From Octopus vulgaris (lineage: Eukaryota), in the NCBI GenBank assembly GCA_951406725.2, contig OX597825.1, forward strand, positions 40,982,001 to 41,046,000: a stretch of DNA of 64,000 nucleotides. The letters run 5' to 3'. This document shows positions 12,849 to 24,829 of this stretch, piece after piece. The notes below the pieces were generated by a model, which was given only the letters and a program-made list of their open reading frames with translations, searched no databases and was not told the DNA's origin. The translations under genes were made by a program, and so were the position numbers. Each line of letters begins with the position of its first letter. The stretch's first letter is position 1.

Positions 12849-13199
12849 TATTTACTTATATACTTACCTACACACACCGCGACCTCCATCACCATCAGCG
12901 TTATCATGCTGGTTTAGGTTGGGCAAGTTGGACAGGCTATCACAGACTGAATTATTTCTATACCTGAATACCCTTCCTCTCAACAACCACTTTAAGAGAG
13001 TATTTATTGGATACATTTTCATGGCATCAACACTAAAGGGATTAAATATAAGGAACTCAGAATTCTATTTATTCTCTGCTCAATTTTCTAACAACTTTAC
13101 AGTATGCACTAAATACATTCTGTGGCACCAATATGAGAGATAGTAGCTAACTTGCTTATGTGTTACTTTGTGAGAGTGCAAGTTGTCAGAGTTTGTTGT

Positions 13200-14120
13200 A
13201 GTACTGTTTAGAAGGGGTGGTGCTCTATATACAGGACAATGTATAAAGTATACAAAGCAAGATCATGTAGCTCAGGGAGGGGAAACAAGAGAGGAGTGAT
13301 GCCAGCTGTGAGATTAGAAGTGAATGAAGTGAATATGTAAGTCCTGAGAATATTCAATAACCTAGCGTTTGTGCATTAGCTCAGGTAACAAAGGAGTGGA
13401 TCAGAACAGAGGATGTTGATGTGAGAAGTTTCCTGGAGAACTGAATGAAAGAAAGGAATGGAAGTATGTTGTTAGAATCAAAATTATTTGGAATAGAATT
13501 GGGAAGGGAGTGATTGGAAACAACAAAGGAGGATACAGGTAAAAGCAAGTGATTGGATAAGTAGGGGCAATAGAAATTACCCTGATTTATAGTGGAGTGT
13601 GTGAGGGTTGGTAGTAGACAAGGTGAAAAGAGTAAGAGAGATATTCTAGACAGAAGAAATAATTGAAACCTGATGTTTGTCCACTCCGCCTTTTATAAAT
13701 AGATATATAGCGAAGAGATGAGAGTGGAATGATCTAGTTTCTGCTACATAGGCCTGCAATGGGGTGAAGAAGGATTCAGAGGAATGAGATGAACCAATGA
13801 AGTCTCACATACATAGACTTAGTGGAGGAATGAAACTGGACCAAAAGAGGAGGAAGGGAGTAATAGTGGATGAGACTTTCAAAAGATTCAAAGTGTGAAA
13901 AGGTGAGAGGACAACATAATGTACAATGTACACTTCATTATAACAGGCAGAGATCTTCTGTAGGATTAGGTATTATCAGTCAATTTAGTACTTTGTCATC
14001 TATTTGAGATGCAGCATCTTCAGATGAGACTTCACATCATCCTAAGTTTATCTTGGTTACACTCCTCCATTGGTTCCACTAACTTGGAGTTCTCAGCACT
14101 CCCTTATGCAGTGGTTGACT
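13200..14120. mobile_element. Highly decayed retroelement remnant, possibly Penelope-like
   Basis: Strong purine strand bias; weak similarity on the minus strand to the PLE SIP...ICSD segment near 13400-13480. No clean motif. Confidence 0.3.
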
Positions 14121-14717
14121 TGCATATATATCACATGCTCATACCATTACATTTGATTCCTCTTATACCCAGTTTATCTTGTATCGCATTTAAAATTCAT
14201 TGTTCATGTATACTAACATTAAACAACTATCATCATATCATGCTTAACTCATTACTTTCTAGGTGTTACAAGTCTTCTGCAGTTAATCTATATTTTATAT
14301 TTGCTGAATTCCTAATGGTTACAAAGTGTCAAGACACTTTTGTTGACATCAAAACAGTTCTTCTGAATATCTAGATTGGTTCGTGTGTACATATATGCAC
14401 ATAAATGTTTATGGGTAAACTTGCACTCATGTAATGGGTATATTTGTCACGTTAGTACACAATAGTGTGTGCTTTATTACTCTGTGTGTGCATGCATTTG
14501 TGTTTGTGTGTATGTGTGTGTAAATTCCATATGTGCCTGTGATTTTGTGTTCAGCTCAAGAACCTCAAGTTGTGAATCCTAGAATGTTGTAAAATATTTC
14601 CCTCTACTATTAACTACAGTTTTTGAAAAAAAGGTGAATCAATTTGCTTTGTTCTTTCAAGGCTTTTATATAAATCTGATGCTGCACAGCTCAATGCACC
14701 CATGATCTCAGTTATAA

Positions 14718-14762
<45 letters not shown>

Positions 14763-15042
14763 TTGGAAGGTTTGGAGATGATGTACAGGTATTATATATA
14801 GAAGAAATGAGGTAATCAGAAGATCGGATGGTTTATATTTATAGATATTTATTTATATATTACATATATATATATAAATATATCTCATATCTCAAATCAA
14901 CTTAGTTTGATTTGAAAACCCCACTAGAATGGGAGAAAGTGCTAATGATCTAAATGATATGAGATATATATATAAAAATATGTAATATATAAATAAATAT
15001 CTGTAAATATAAACCATCCGATCTTCTGGATTACCTCATTTC

Positions 15043-15047
<5 letters not shown>
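14763..15047 (+). mobile_element. Fold-back Penelope-like terminal fragment (~92-bp inverted arms around a hammerhead motif)
   Basis: 14799-14891 is the reverse complement of 14956-15047; flanked on both sides by (TA)n. Confidence 0.75.
14902..14953 (+). ncRNA. Minimal type I hammerhead motif, U3-A8 variant core
   Basis: ttag...TTGAAAA-c-ccca-ctagaa-tggg-a-GAAA-gtgc-TA-atgatctaa; stem I is only partly paired. Confidence 0.5.
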
Positions 15048-15083
<36 letters not shown>

Positions 15084-15129
15084 AGAAAGAGCGAGAGAGA
15101 GAGAGAGAGAGAGAGCTATAATATTGTCA

Positions 15130-15830
15130 ATATTTCACCATAGAAGTTCTTTTCCCTAATCTTCAGTAAATGATCTCAACAATAGCACATGATTTTTGCT
15201 CTGTCCAATGGAGCAGTATCTGATTTATTTGTGTTGACAACAGGTTGCTGCATTATAGGAATGTTCCACAAGTATTCTTTATTTTTAAAGGTGTAAATAC
15301 ATTCTGGTTCTGGTGTATGTTTTGTAGGTCCATCAGGACAACCTTCCTTGTTTGTATCATTGCAGATAGTTTTCATATCAATGTAATGTCTTATGGGAAG
15401 GCAGACCTTTGTGAATAATTTTTGGCATTACTGATGATGGGGACACCTTCTGCAATGCAACAGCACAATCAACATTTTCTATCACTGTGTTAAGATCATG
15501 GAACTACGTAACACATATATTTCACTCTGATCCTTCCTTCATTTTTGATAAACTGGAATGTACTAATATCCTTGATTGGAAATATTTCTTCACTTTTTTT
15601 TTTTTTGTCTCCAGCTTCTCCCTCTCTGATGGCAGTATATGTGGCTTATGGAATCCTAACTTAATGTTACGATCCACATGCTGGCTTTTCTAGAAACAGC
15701 TGTATCGCACTAAATTAAATGATCTTTTGAGTGATGCCAAATGTTTTGCTTTTTCCTTTTTTAATTTTAATCCAAATCTAGAGGCATCTTTAATTCTCTC
15801 ATTCATCACATATTAACTCTTTCCTTTTCC
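15130..15830 (-). mobile_element. Decayed 3' fragment of an RLE-type (R4/Dong-like) non-LTR retrotransposon
   Basis: KHTPEP...YLWNIPIMQQPVVNTNKSDTAPLDRAKIMCY resembles the R4/Dong HxPEPV...LWD.PI.TD....NKPDI...D....C endonuclease region; upstream PIRH resembles the RHD motif; frameshifted. Confidence 0.65.
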
Positions 15831-17653
15831 TAGATGTATGTGTGTATCTATGTGTATGTATCAAGTTGTATGTCTTTATGTAGAAAACAATTACTTAGCT
15901 TCACAATATTGCTCAAATACAATACAGACTGAAATAAGAACTAGGGTTGATAACATCAACTAAAACCTTAACAGTGGTACTCCAGTATGGCTGTGGTTTG
16001 AATACTTAACCAGTAACAGACTAATAAAACAGTTGAGTTAGTGCAGGGAACAGGATAAATGCTTATAGTATTTAGAAAGTGCCGTACAAATCTTATTAAT
16101 TTAAATTTCTCTCTGTAGAATCAATAATAATTAAATGACAATATGAAAAAATGGAAGTGATTTTAACATAATGTGCTGAATTGTCAGTGTGTTGAACATG
16201 AAATAATATTTTTTACAGTGACTTGCTTTCTTCTAACTTTGATTTCAATACTTATCAGAGCAATTTCACAGGAAGCTACATATTTTTCTTTCATTATTTC
16301 AACTGAGAACTGGGTGCTCCTATATCTTTTAAAATCCTCTTAAACCTGCTGATAGGGACATCTAAATTCTGTCTGTAAGGATAATGTCTAATAGCTTCAA
16401 ATGTATTATTCATGAGTAGGATGGTTATATCTGTGTTCTGTTGTTGAGCAGATCTTTCCTCATGATATGTGTAATATTCCTGGTTGGATATGTTGAAATT
16501 ATATGTAGATGAGGCTTGTAAACACAAGGTGGGAAGAAGTAAGAGTGGAGCCTCTGTGGGGAAGCATGCATAGTTAGAGGAGATAGAAAGTTGATCATCA
16601 ATGTAGAGATTGAGAGATTAAATTTGATTATGATACCAGCAAGGGAGAACTAATGTTTCACAACTTTCTAAAGTTCCAGAAACAGAGATAAACCTGGCAT
16701 CAATTAACACACAAAATATATTACCTACGGAAAAGTGTCTTTCACAATTTTAAAGTGGAAGAAATTAAGATAATATTTAGAACAATTTTCATGTATGATT
16801 TAGCATACCTTATTCATTCCCTCAGCTCTTGCTTAAACCCTAAGAAACTAAGATAATATTTTACCTTAATTAGCCTACAAAATATATAATTTCCATGAAT
16901 AATTGAGTCGATGTTTGGTAAAATATGTATTTTAATGTATTTTCCTTGATTTTTTATCTTCTTTCCATGCTATTTTTAGTCAGAGATGAAAGGTTAAAGA
17001 AAGTTTACACCTTTCACTTGCAATGTCTTTAAATTTTTTTTTTTCTTTCCTGCAAAGTCTTACAACAATCACAAGAAAACCTAAAGAGGGATTAGCAGCA
17101 GTTATGGTGATGGATATAATACAAACAACTAGAAAGATTCATTCTTCAATAGTATAACGAGTGTTGCTAATAATAGTAACAACAACAATAATGTTAGTAT
17201 GGAAAACAAAATTTATGCAGTGTTGTGTTGGTGGGGACACAAGAGTGGTTGAGTGAAATGCAAGTGGTTTGTTTAATCAGTGGCAAGATGAGATCTAATT
17301 AATGGGTACATGAAATTAATTAATGCTTCATGGCAATAACTACAAGTCACTAATTAATATCACAAGTGGGTTGAACTGATGTGGTTCTAGAAAGGGAGCA
17401 TTCAATAAAGCATTTACTGTAGAGGTCAAGCCAGTAACAAAGAAAAATGAGGGTGATGACAACCAGAGGACTTGATATTTTAATTCAGATTATCATAGAA
17501 ATATTAAGAAAAGAAGTCTGACATACTGTTCACAAGCCTGATTCATCTTGCAGCAATGTTTAGGTTGGTTGCCAATTCAATTTAAGACCAAAAATTATTT
17601 TCAAATTTTAAAACAACATAAAAGATATTTATCACTAGCATAGAGTTTTGGAG

Positions 17654-17907
17654 TGGAGGCACATGGCCTAGTAGTTAGAGCAATGGACTCGCAATCAAGG
17701 GATCATGGGTTCAAATCTCAGAGCAGGTGATGTATGTGTTTATGGGCGAAACACCCAAGTTTCATGTGGCTCCAGCAGAAGGTAATGGTGAACTTCTGCT
17801 GACTCTTTTGCCACAACTTTCTCTCACTCTTTCTTCCTGCTACCCCAATGAAAATGAGAAACGGGCCCTTACAAGCCAGATATGGCTTGAGAAGGAACAA
17901 ACAACAA
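17654..17907 (+). mobile_element. tRNA-derived SINE family D with 15-bp TSD
   Basis: Head ggaggcacatggcctagtagttagag...gggttcaaatc; (ACA)n tail; perfect TSD catagagttttggag at 17639-17653 and 17908-17922. Confidence 0.92.
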
Positions 17908-18199
17908 CATAGAGTTTTGGAGCCAACTACAATTATGATTAAAATTAAATATAATTGGTCAAATCAGTGCAGCTAAAAGAACCTCAAACAAAACTAAGTA
18001 AACAGAAACAGATAATGTGACCAATCTCTATTTCTTTTTGTCTGCAAATGCCTGACCAAATATGAGAATTTTTTTTTTATATACACTGGTCTTTAGATGT
18101 TGGGCCTAACTGAGGAAATGATAAGAGATTGGGAGTTGTGATGATTTACTGTGCCTCAGAAGATGCATCAAGCTCATCCATACATTCAGACATGTCCTT

Positions 18200-18520
18200 T
18201 GTAGTTACCAGTGCCAAGTGGGATGCACTTGTGCTGGTGCTACATGAAATGCACTTGTGTCAGTGCCATGTAGCATGCACTTATACCGATGCTACATAAA
18301 CGCACTTATGCAGATGCTGCATGAACACACCCATGCAGGTAGCATGTAAAAGGCACACAGTGCCCTCTGTAAGGTACTTGGTATTAAGAAGGGCATCCAG
18401 CTATAGAGACCATACCAAAACAGACAACTTGAGTCTGGACAGCTTCCTGACTGATTAACTCCTGTCAAACCATCCAACACATGTCAGCATGGAAAACAGA
18501 TGTTAAAGGATGATGACGGC
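18200..18520 (+). mobile_element. RTE-tail retroelement with internal ~26-bp tandem repeats
   Basis: Repeats of gcacttgtgctggtgc.aca; ends cagcatggaaaacagatgttaaaggatgatgac. Confidence 0.75.
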
Positions 18521-19094
18521 AGCTGTTTATTTGAATGGATGTTATTGATAGGAATGACATTGAAATATTTTGCAAGTGAAACAATGAAAGCCTTCTATCA
18601 AGCATTATGCTTTTCAAAAAGTATATACATTCTTTAAGGATTTTCCTTTAACAGGAGAAATTTGTAGCATCAAGCAATAACAAGTTGAGGAAATAAGTTC
18701 AGTGTTTGAAAACTTGGGTCATTTTATCTTCTTTGTTTTATCCTTCTTAGATATTTGTGATGTGAATAATTCATTATTTCTGTGCAATAAAGAATCTTAG
18801 ATAATAGAGTTTTCTTAACCTACATCTTATCAACTTTTATTTCTCATATTCAACATATCCAATTATGGAAGTATTCTGTACCAATATTATTTTGCTTTTT
18901 GTTTGATTAATCATTTAATTACTTGTCTCTGTTAAGGACTTTCAAAACAACAGAGGCTAGGAACCCCAATCTTTGTAATCAAAAAACATTCAGAATTTTC
19001 ATCAATTTTCATAATTTTTACAATTCTATCTTCTTTTCAGTACGTTGTATCCTGGCTTATTCTAGGGAATATAAGAAAATTAAAATGACTTACA

Positions 19095-19290
19095 TGTAAA
19101 CTATGGGCCTCTATTTGGTCGATCAGCATGTTAGAAATGGCAGCCAAATCTTTCTTAAATCAAATCCTACCATTTAAAAAATAGAATACTTTGGATAACA
19201 CTATCTTAGATAAAAAAAAATATTCAAAGCAGTAACAGGTGGTAAGCCTTTGATTGTAAGTTTGATTAAGCAAAATGCTTAACAATCATA
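19095..19290 (+). mobile_element. Old interspersed repeat (SINE-like); other decayed copies near 2150(-), 20260, 21300(-), 45770, 46690, 49370, 49610, 50910
   Basis: Recurrent motifs tagaaat.gcagccaa, accct.ctatctt, ggtcatggctggaatg.ctttgat and an (AAC)n-like tail. Confidence 0.6.
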
Positions 19291-20470
19291 CTTACCTATA
19301 TAAAAACAAAAGTCATTTAGATTAAATAATAGTGACAAATACAGTTTTGTCAGGTTATAATAATAGTGTCAAATACACTTAAACTTTTATTCTTATAATC
19401 CAGGGAAAATTTTAATTAATACTAGATGAAATATTTGTTCCTGTTATGAAATAGAAGACAACTGTGACACACATCAAATGTTCTTCTGCAGGATTAATAT
19501 TATACAATAAATTTACCAATGTTTATGATGTAGAATTGCTACTAAGTCTACTTAGATCTGTAAGTACTACATAAATATGATAGACCATCCCACGCTAGAA
19601 TAGAAAAAATCTAGTTATGTTTCATTGGTAACCTAAGTTGTGATGTAAGTAAACTGTATAGCAAACCATGTTGATTGGCTGGTAGAGTATCAGACAATAT
19701 TTGATGCTTAGTTCAACTCCAACTCTGGTACATATTTCCTTTCATTCATTTGAAATCAATTAAGTATCATTTATAAAATAAAACAAACAAAATCAAATAG
19801 TTAGATAAGTGTAATCAAGCTATGCCCTAGTATGAAGAAATGCTCCAGCATAGTCATAATCCCACATCTGAAGCAAGTTAATGTATAAAAGAATGTAAAG
19901 AACAAAAAATAACAATAGATACTGCTAACCATTATGAAATGATCAGTTGAAACAGTAGAGAAATCTCAATGTGGGCACTAAACCTGTGCAAAATCTCTCT
20001 TTTTTAAAGTTACATCTTCACCCATTTATGGTTATATAGCTAACGAAACACAAAAACCATGTATTTTAATTAATTCCTAAAATACCAACGAATTTCACAG
20101 AATAACATTTTGCTTATTAAGATGCTGCTTTTAACAATTTTATTAAAGAATCTCAGTTCAAATTATGATAGCAGGTTTTAATTTAAATATGAGTACTGAC
20201 ATTTTGTACTGTGTGATCTCAGGATTCATACAGTGGGGATGGTATCAAAAGTGATAAACAGAGAAAAGGCTCATTGCATAATGTAGTCTTAGACAATCTC
20301 CTAAAGTGATAGGATTTCCCTAACTGAAATGCCTTTGATTATAAGGTTTCTCCTTCAGAGTTGAGCAGGAGATACACAGCAACAGCAAAAATACATGACC
20401 ATCCACAGTATTTTGCTTCACTAATTAATTAAATGGTAGTTTATATCTCTCACCTGCAATGTTATCTTTT

Positions 20471-21075
20471 TGAAGGTTGACTGAAAAGTTCACAGGCTCA
20501 GCAATATTTTCTTATGGAGTGTGACAAATGAGGTTATATTTCGACATAATCTTCTTTGCTGTCCATATAAGTCTTCCATCAGTATTGTAGTGTTTGTGTC
20601 CCATTAGGCAAGAAGCTTTCATCCTGTTGGTCAAAAATGTCATGAAAAGTAGATATGACATCATCATCACAGCAATACTGGTTCCCAGCCAAGTGTTTTT
20701 TCATGTTGGGGCACATATAATAGTCAGTTGGGGCAAAGTCAGGAGAACAGGGTGGGGGATCAACCAATTCAAAGCCACAGCCATTGAAAGCAAGGATGTG
20801 TACTGGAGCAAGGTTCTCATAAAACAAGACCGTTTTTGTCAATTTTTCTTTGTGTTTGTTTTTGACAGCCTTTTGTAACTGCCTCAGCAAATCAGCATTG
20901 TACTTCCCATTGATGGTGTAGCCCTTCTGAGGATAGTCAATAAATGCATAAAAAAAACTGAGGCCATCACATTCCCTTACAGATGAAAAAATCTCGGCTT
21001 TTTTTGGAGCAGGTGAGGAGGCATTTTGTCTGATGCTTAAGCAGCTTTGCCATTCTATTGCTTTTATCAATGTTA
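20471..21075 (-). mobile_element. Mariner transposase 3' fragment
   Basis: ORF 20579-21070: IDYPQKGYTINGKYNADLLRQL...VLFYENLAPVH...DPPPCSPDFAPTDYYMCPNMKKHLAG; TIR-like gaaggttgactgaaaagttc at 20472. Confidence 0.9.
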
Positions 21076-21724
21076 TTAATAATGTTTTCTTTCAAAGGCA
21101 GAAGGCCACAGATTTTTTCAGGTGTGGTGGTGATGGTGCTTGTGGGGAATCAGCTGTTTATAGTGACTTCAGTCGCTAGCTGATACATATTTTATCAATC
21201 CCAGGAGGGGGCAATAATGACCTAGCAAGCTTTGAAGTCATGCCTGTGATAATCAAGAAAATGGAGACAGAAGCACAATGCTCATATTCCTACCGAAACT
21301 GGTAAAGTTAACACAATACCTGGGTCATATCTGATTGAGGAGACCAATAATCAAATGGTTTTGGCTATGGATATCTCATCTTTTGTATTCTTTGCTTTTA
21401 TTTTTGCTTTTTATTGATGATGATCCATATCTGTATCATTCAACATATAGTTTCAATAAGATGAAGCCATATCCTTTAAATGAGATTTGGTTACTGTTTC
21501 TAATAAGTTGAGTGTTCATATAGGGGCACCCATGTTGGCCTGTTCTTCCTCATTAAGTAATTGTGGCAAATAAATATGAAGCAACAAATTTTTCAGAGTA
21601 TCGGAAAAGAGGAAACACACTCATGAACTTGAAAGGAAAAGATGGTATTTATGTTGTTTAGCCCAAGTATAAGTGAATCTATGACCAAAGATATTCCATT
21701 CATGCCCATTCTATCTCTTATAGA

Positions 21725-21945
21725 AGGCAGCAAGCTGGCAGCATCATTAGCATGCCAAGTAAAATGCTTAAGCAATATTTTGCCTGTCTTTACATCCTGA
21801 GTTCAAATGCTGCTGGGGTCGACTTTGCCTTTCATCCTTTTGGGGTCGATAAATTAAGTACCAGTGAAACACTGGAGTCAATGTGATCAACTGGTCCCCT
21901 CCCCCAAAATTTCAGGCCTTGTGCCTACATTAGAAAGGATTATTT
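21725..21945 (+). mobile_element. SINE family B, full length
   Basis: Head aggcagcaagctggcag...gagttcaaat; conserved core gactttgcctttcatccttt.ggggtcgataaattaagtaccag, resembling the central domain of widespread metazoan SINE superfamilies. Confidence 0.88.
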
Positions 21946-22716
21946 ACCTTAAAGACTACTAGAATAGAACTGTGATGAGTGTTATTTAATAGAAAATTGG
22001 TTGATATTTCTATTATCTCAACCTATCACGTAGTTTGCTTGTTCAAAGAAAATGCTGAACTTGATGTACAAAATAAATAAAAATAAGACAGAGAAAAATC
22101 AAAGTAAAGAGAGGAAACAAGAAGTCAGTAGGTTAGTTATTTTGTGATTAGGGCATGTTGAAGATTGAAGATTTTCCTACCAGCTGCATTCACTTTGATT
22201 TTTAATGTAATTTAAGCTACAACTTGCCAATTTGCTGTCTTTATAAACGCCCAATTATTTAACAAAACATTGTATATTATAACTATGTATGTTTATTACA
22301 ACTTTTATCTTAGGTAATCATTTTAAATGGGCAATATATATAATAGCTTGAAGGTATACACCATGGAAGAGTTGAAAGCTCCTGGTGAGCTGAATCTATG
22401 AATTTGCAAATTCATTTTAGTATATGCCATTAATGGCTCACAATTCTCTTATCTTCCTAACACTATATAACATTTATGGATTAAGACAAACATTGCAATA
22501 TATATTACTGTACACTGACACAAAATTGCCAAGTAATAAAGAGTTGCTTAGAAAGCAGATGTTTAACACCTATCAAAATAAGGAAGTCTGTGTGCAGGCA
22601 CTCAAATTACTAGAAAAAGCAATCAAACTTCCCTCAAATTGCATCTTATTGTCTAAAAAGTAAGAGGACACATTGTATGATGTAGCCCTAGTTACACTAC
22701 ATATGGAAATATGTTT

Positions 22717-22766
22717 AATGCTCGCCTGCCACATGGGCGACCCAGGTTCGTTTCCCGGCCGATGCA
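22717..22766 (+). pseudogene. 5'-truncated tRNA-Gly(GCC) retro-pseudogene
   Basis: aatgctcgcctGCCacatgggcgacccaggttcgtttcccggccgatgca matches the 3' two-thirds of invertebrate tRNA-Gly-GCC; the 5' acceptor strand and D-loop are absent; flanked by the direct repeat aaatatgttta. Confidence 0.88.
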
Positions 22767-23460
22767 TTACGAAAATATGTTTATGATTGCATGGCTGGTA
22801 TGCATTTGACCTAATTTCTGCAGGACCAGGGATAGTGCAGGGTTAAAAGAAAAACTGGCAATAAAAGAACTCCACTAATTAGTGAAACACATTCAAAGAC
22901 AAAATTAATGCGATATGTTCCAATAGGTTTAACTATAAGGGCTGCAAAACCCTTGTTTCTCTTTATTCTCACTTCAAGATGGCTTCTACTATAAGTTCAA
23001 AGGGCCTTTTTTGTTCTTGTCAGTACAATACAATCCAAGACATTCCAAAACCCTTTGATAAGAAAAAATGGCTATATCCATTAATAACAAAAGGAAAGTA
23101 ACCAAATGAAATTAATTCTTTCATCCATAGAACATTATTTTAAAAACGTTTTCGTGTGTGCACACATGTGCACACATGCACACGTTTATGTGTGCGTATT
23201 ATTAGTCTTGCAAGATTTCCATTGATAGCAAAGAACTAGTTAGAACAACACTATCTTTACAGATGGCAAATGTGTGGAATAGTTTTTCCTTATTGTCTAC
23301 AAATTCAAAATTCCGTGTGTGTTTGTATGCATGTGTGCTTGTGTGTGTGTGCGTGCATGCATGCAGGTATATAAAACTTTAATGTATATACATATATATT
23401 TGTGTTTGAGCATATGCACATCTCTCTCTCTCTCTCTACATATATATATATATATATATA

Positions 23461-24710
23461 TTAGGTCATCCCATAAATAATGAGGTTTTCAGTTGCATGA
23501 ACTAGAAGTCAAAGGGGGACAGGATGAACTACCTGTATCAACTTGGTATAAAAGCATGTAGTAATTTTACCTGGTGCTTATTCTTAGTGCAAGTTTGAAG
23601 AGTGCAGTTTGATTTTAAGAGATATTTTTTCAAAGCTATAATGTAAGGGACAAAGGGGCATATTTGGCATATTTTACTTTATGAGTTCAATAAAGGCCAC
23701 AAAGCAACAGAAAGTACAAGGAATATTATTGCAGTACATAGGGATCAGACAATAAACGTAAACTAGTGTCAGTGGTGGTTCCAGAAATTCCGAGCTGGAA
23801 AATACAACCTAGAAAATGAGCTTCATCATTGAGGATCTGTAAAGCTCAACAAGGACGTCCTGCAAACTCTGATTGAACAAAATCCCATCGTAACTGTTGC
23901 AGATCTATCAGAGAAGCTTGGATTTGATCGTTCAACCATTCATCGATACCTGCCTGCCATTGGAAAAATCAACAAATTGGGTCACAAACCTTCTGAGTCT
24001 AATCGCTTGCAGAGAATGAATGTGTGCTCTTCTTTGCTGTCACATCTCACAAATGAACCTTTTTGGGACAGAATAGTGACTGGTGACAAGAAATGAGTTC
24101 TCTATAAAAATGTCAAGCACCGAAGACAGTGGGTAGAGAAAAGAGAAACACTGGCATCCCAGGCTAAAGAAAGACTTTACCCATGTAAGCTGTTGGTATC
24201 TGTTTGGTGGGATATGAAATGTTTAGTTCACTTTCAACTTTTAAACCCAAACTAAATGATAATAATGGAAATCTACTGTGAACAGCTTGAGCAGCTTAAG
24301 TCAGTGCTACAAGAAAAACAACGATCTTTCGTTTCAAGACGAAAGGCGTTCTTCCATTAGGATAATGCTCAGCCACACACAATGAGGATGACATTCTAAA
24401 GGCTGAAACAATTTGAATGGAAAACGATGCCTCACCTGCCATATTCGCTGGACGTTGCCCATCTAATTATCACTTACTCTGCAGTCTTCAAATCATGAAT
24501 TCTGTTGATTCAGAACAGTACTAGAGGAGTACTTTTTGTCATAGACAAGTGAATTTTGGAAGAGGGGCCTTGCCAATCTACCAGATAAATAGAAGAGCAT
24601 TGCAGAAAATGACGGAGAGTATATTTTAGATTAAAACAGACATTTGTTTGTCTTAATTTTGAAGAATAAAAATAAATATTAAAACCCACGTTATTTATAG
24701 GATGACCCAA
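23461..24710 (+). mobile_element. Full-length decayed mariner transposon
   Basis: TIRs ttaggtcatcccataaataa / ttatttataggatgacccaa with TA TSD; RIVTGDKK*VLYKN, SVWWDMK, FH*DNAQPH and PHLPYSLDVA motifs with stops and frameshifts. Confidence 0.95.
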
Positions 24711-24829
24711 TACACACACAAACACACACATACACATACACACAACATATACAGTATATCATATTAGCATTTAGATCAAGTGTTTCCATGCTGGTATGCA
24801 TTGGACAGATCATCATGGTTAAAGGTACT

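Noticed and set aside
14305-14375. Possible hammerhead remnant around the tgtcaa/ttgaca hairpin
   Set aside because: Both core segments are missing or too degenerate.
16294-16527. ORF faintly resembling an L2/CR1 C-terminus
   Set aside because: Similarity too weak to call.
17654-17725. Functional tRNA-Arg gene
   Set aside because: It is the head of a SINE with body, tail and TSD; no acceptor stem.
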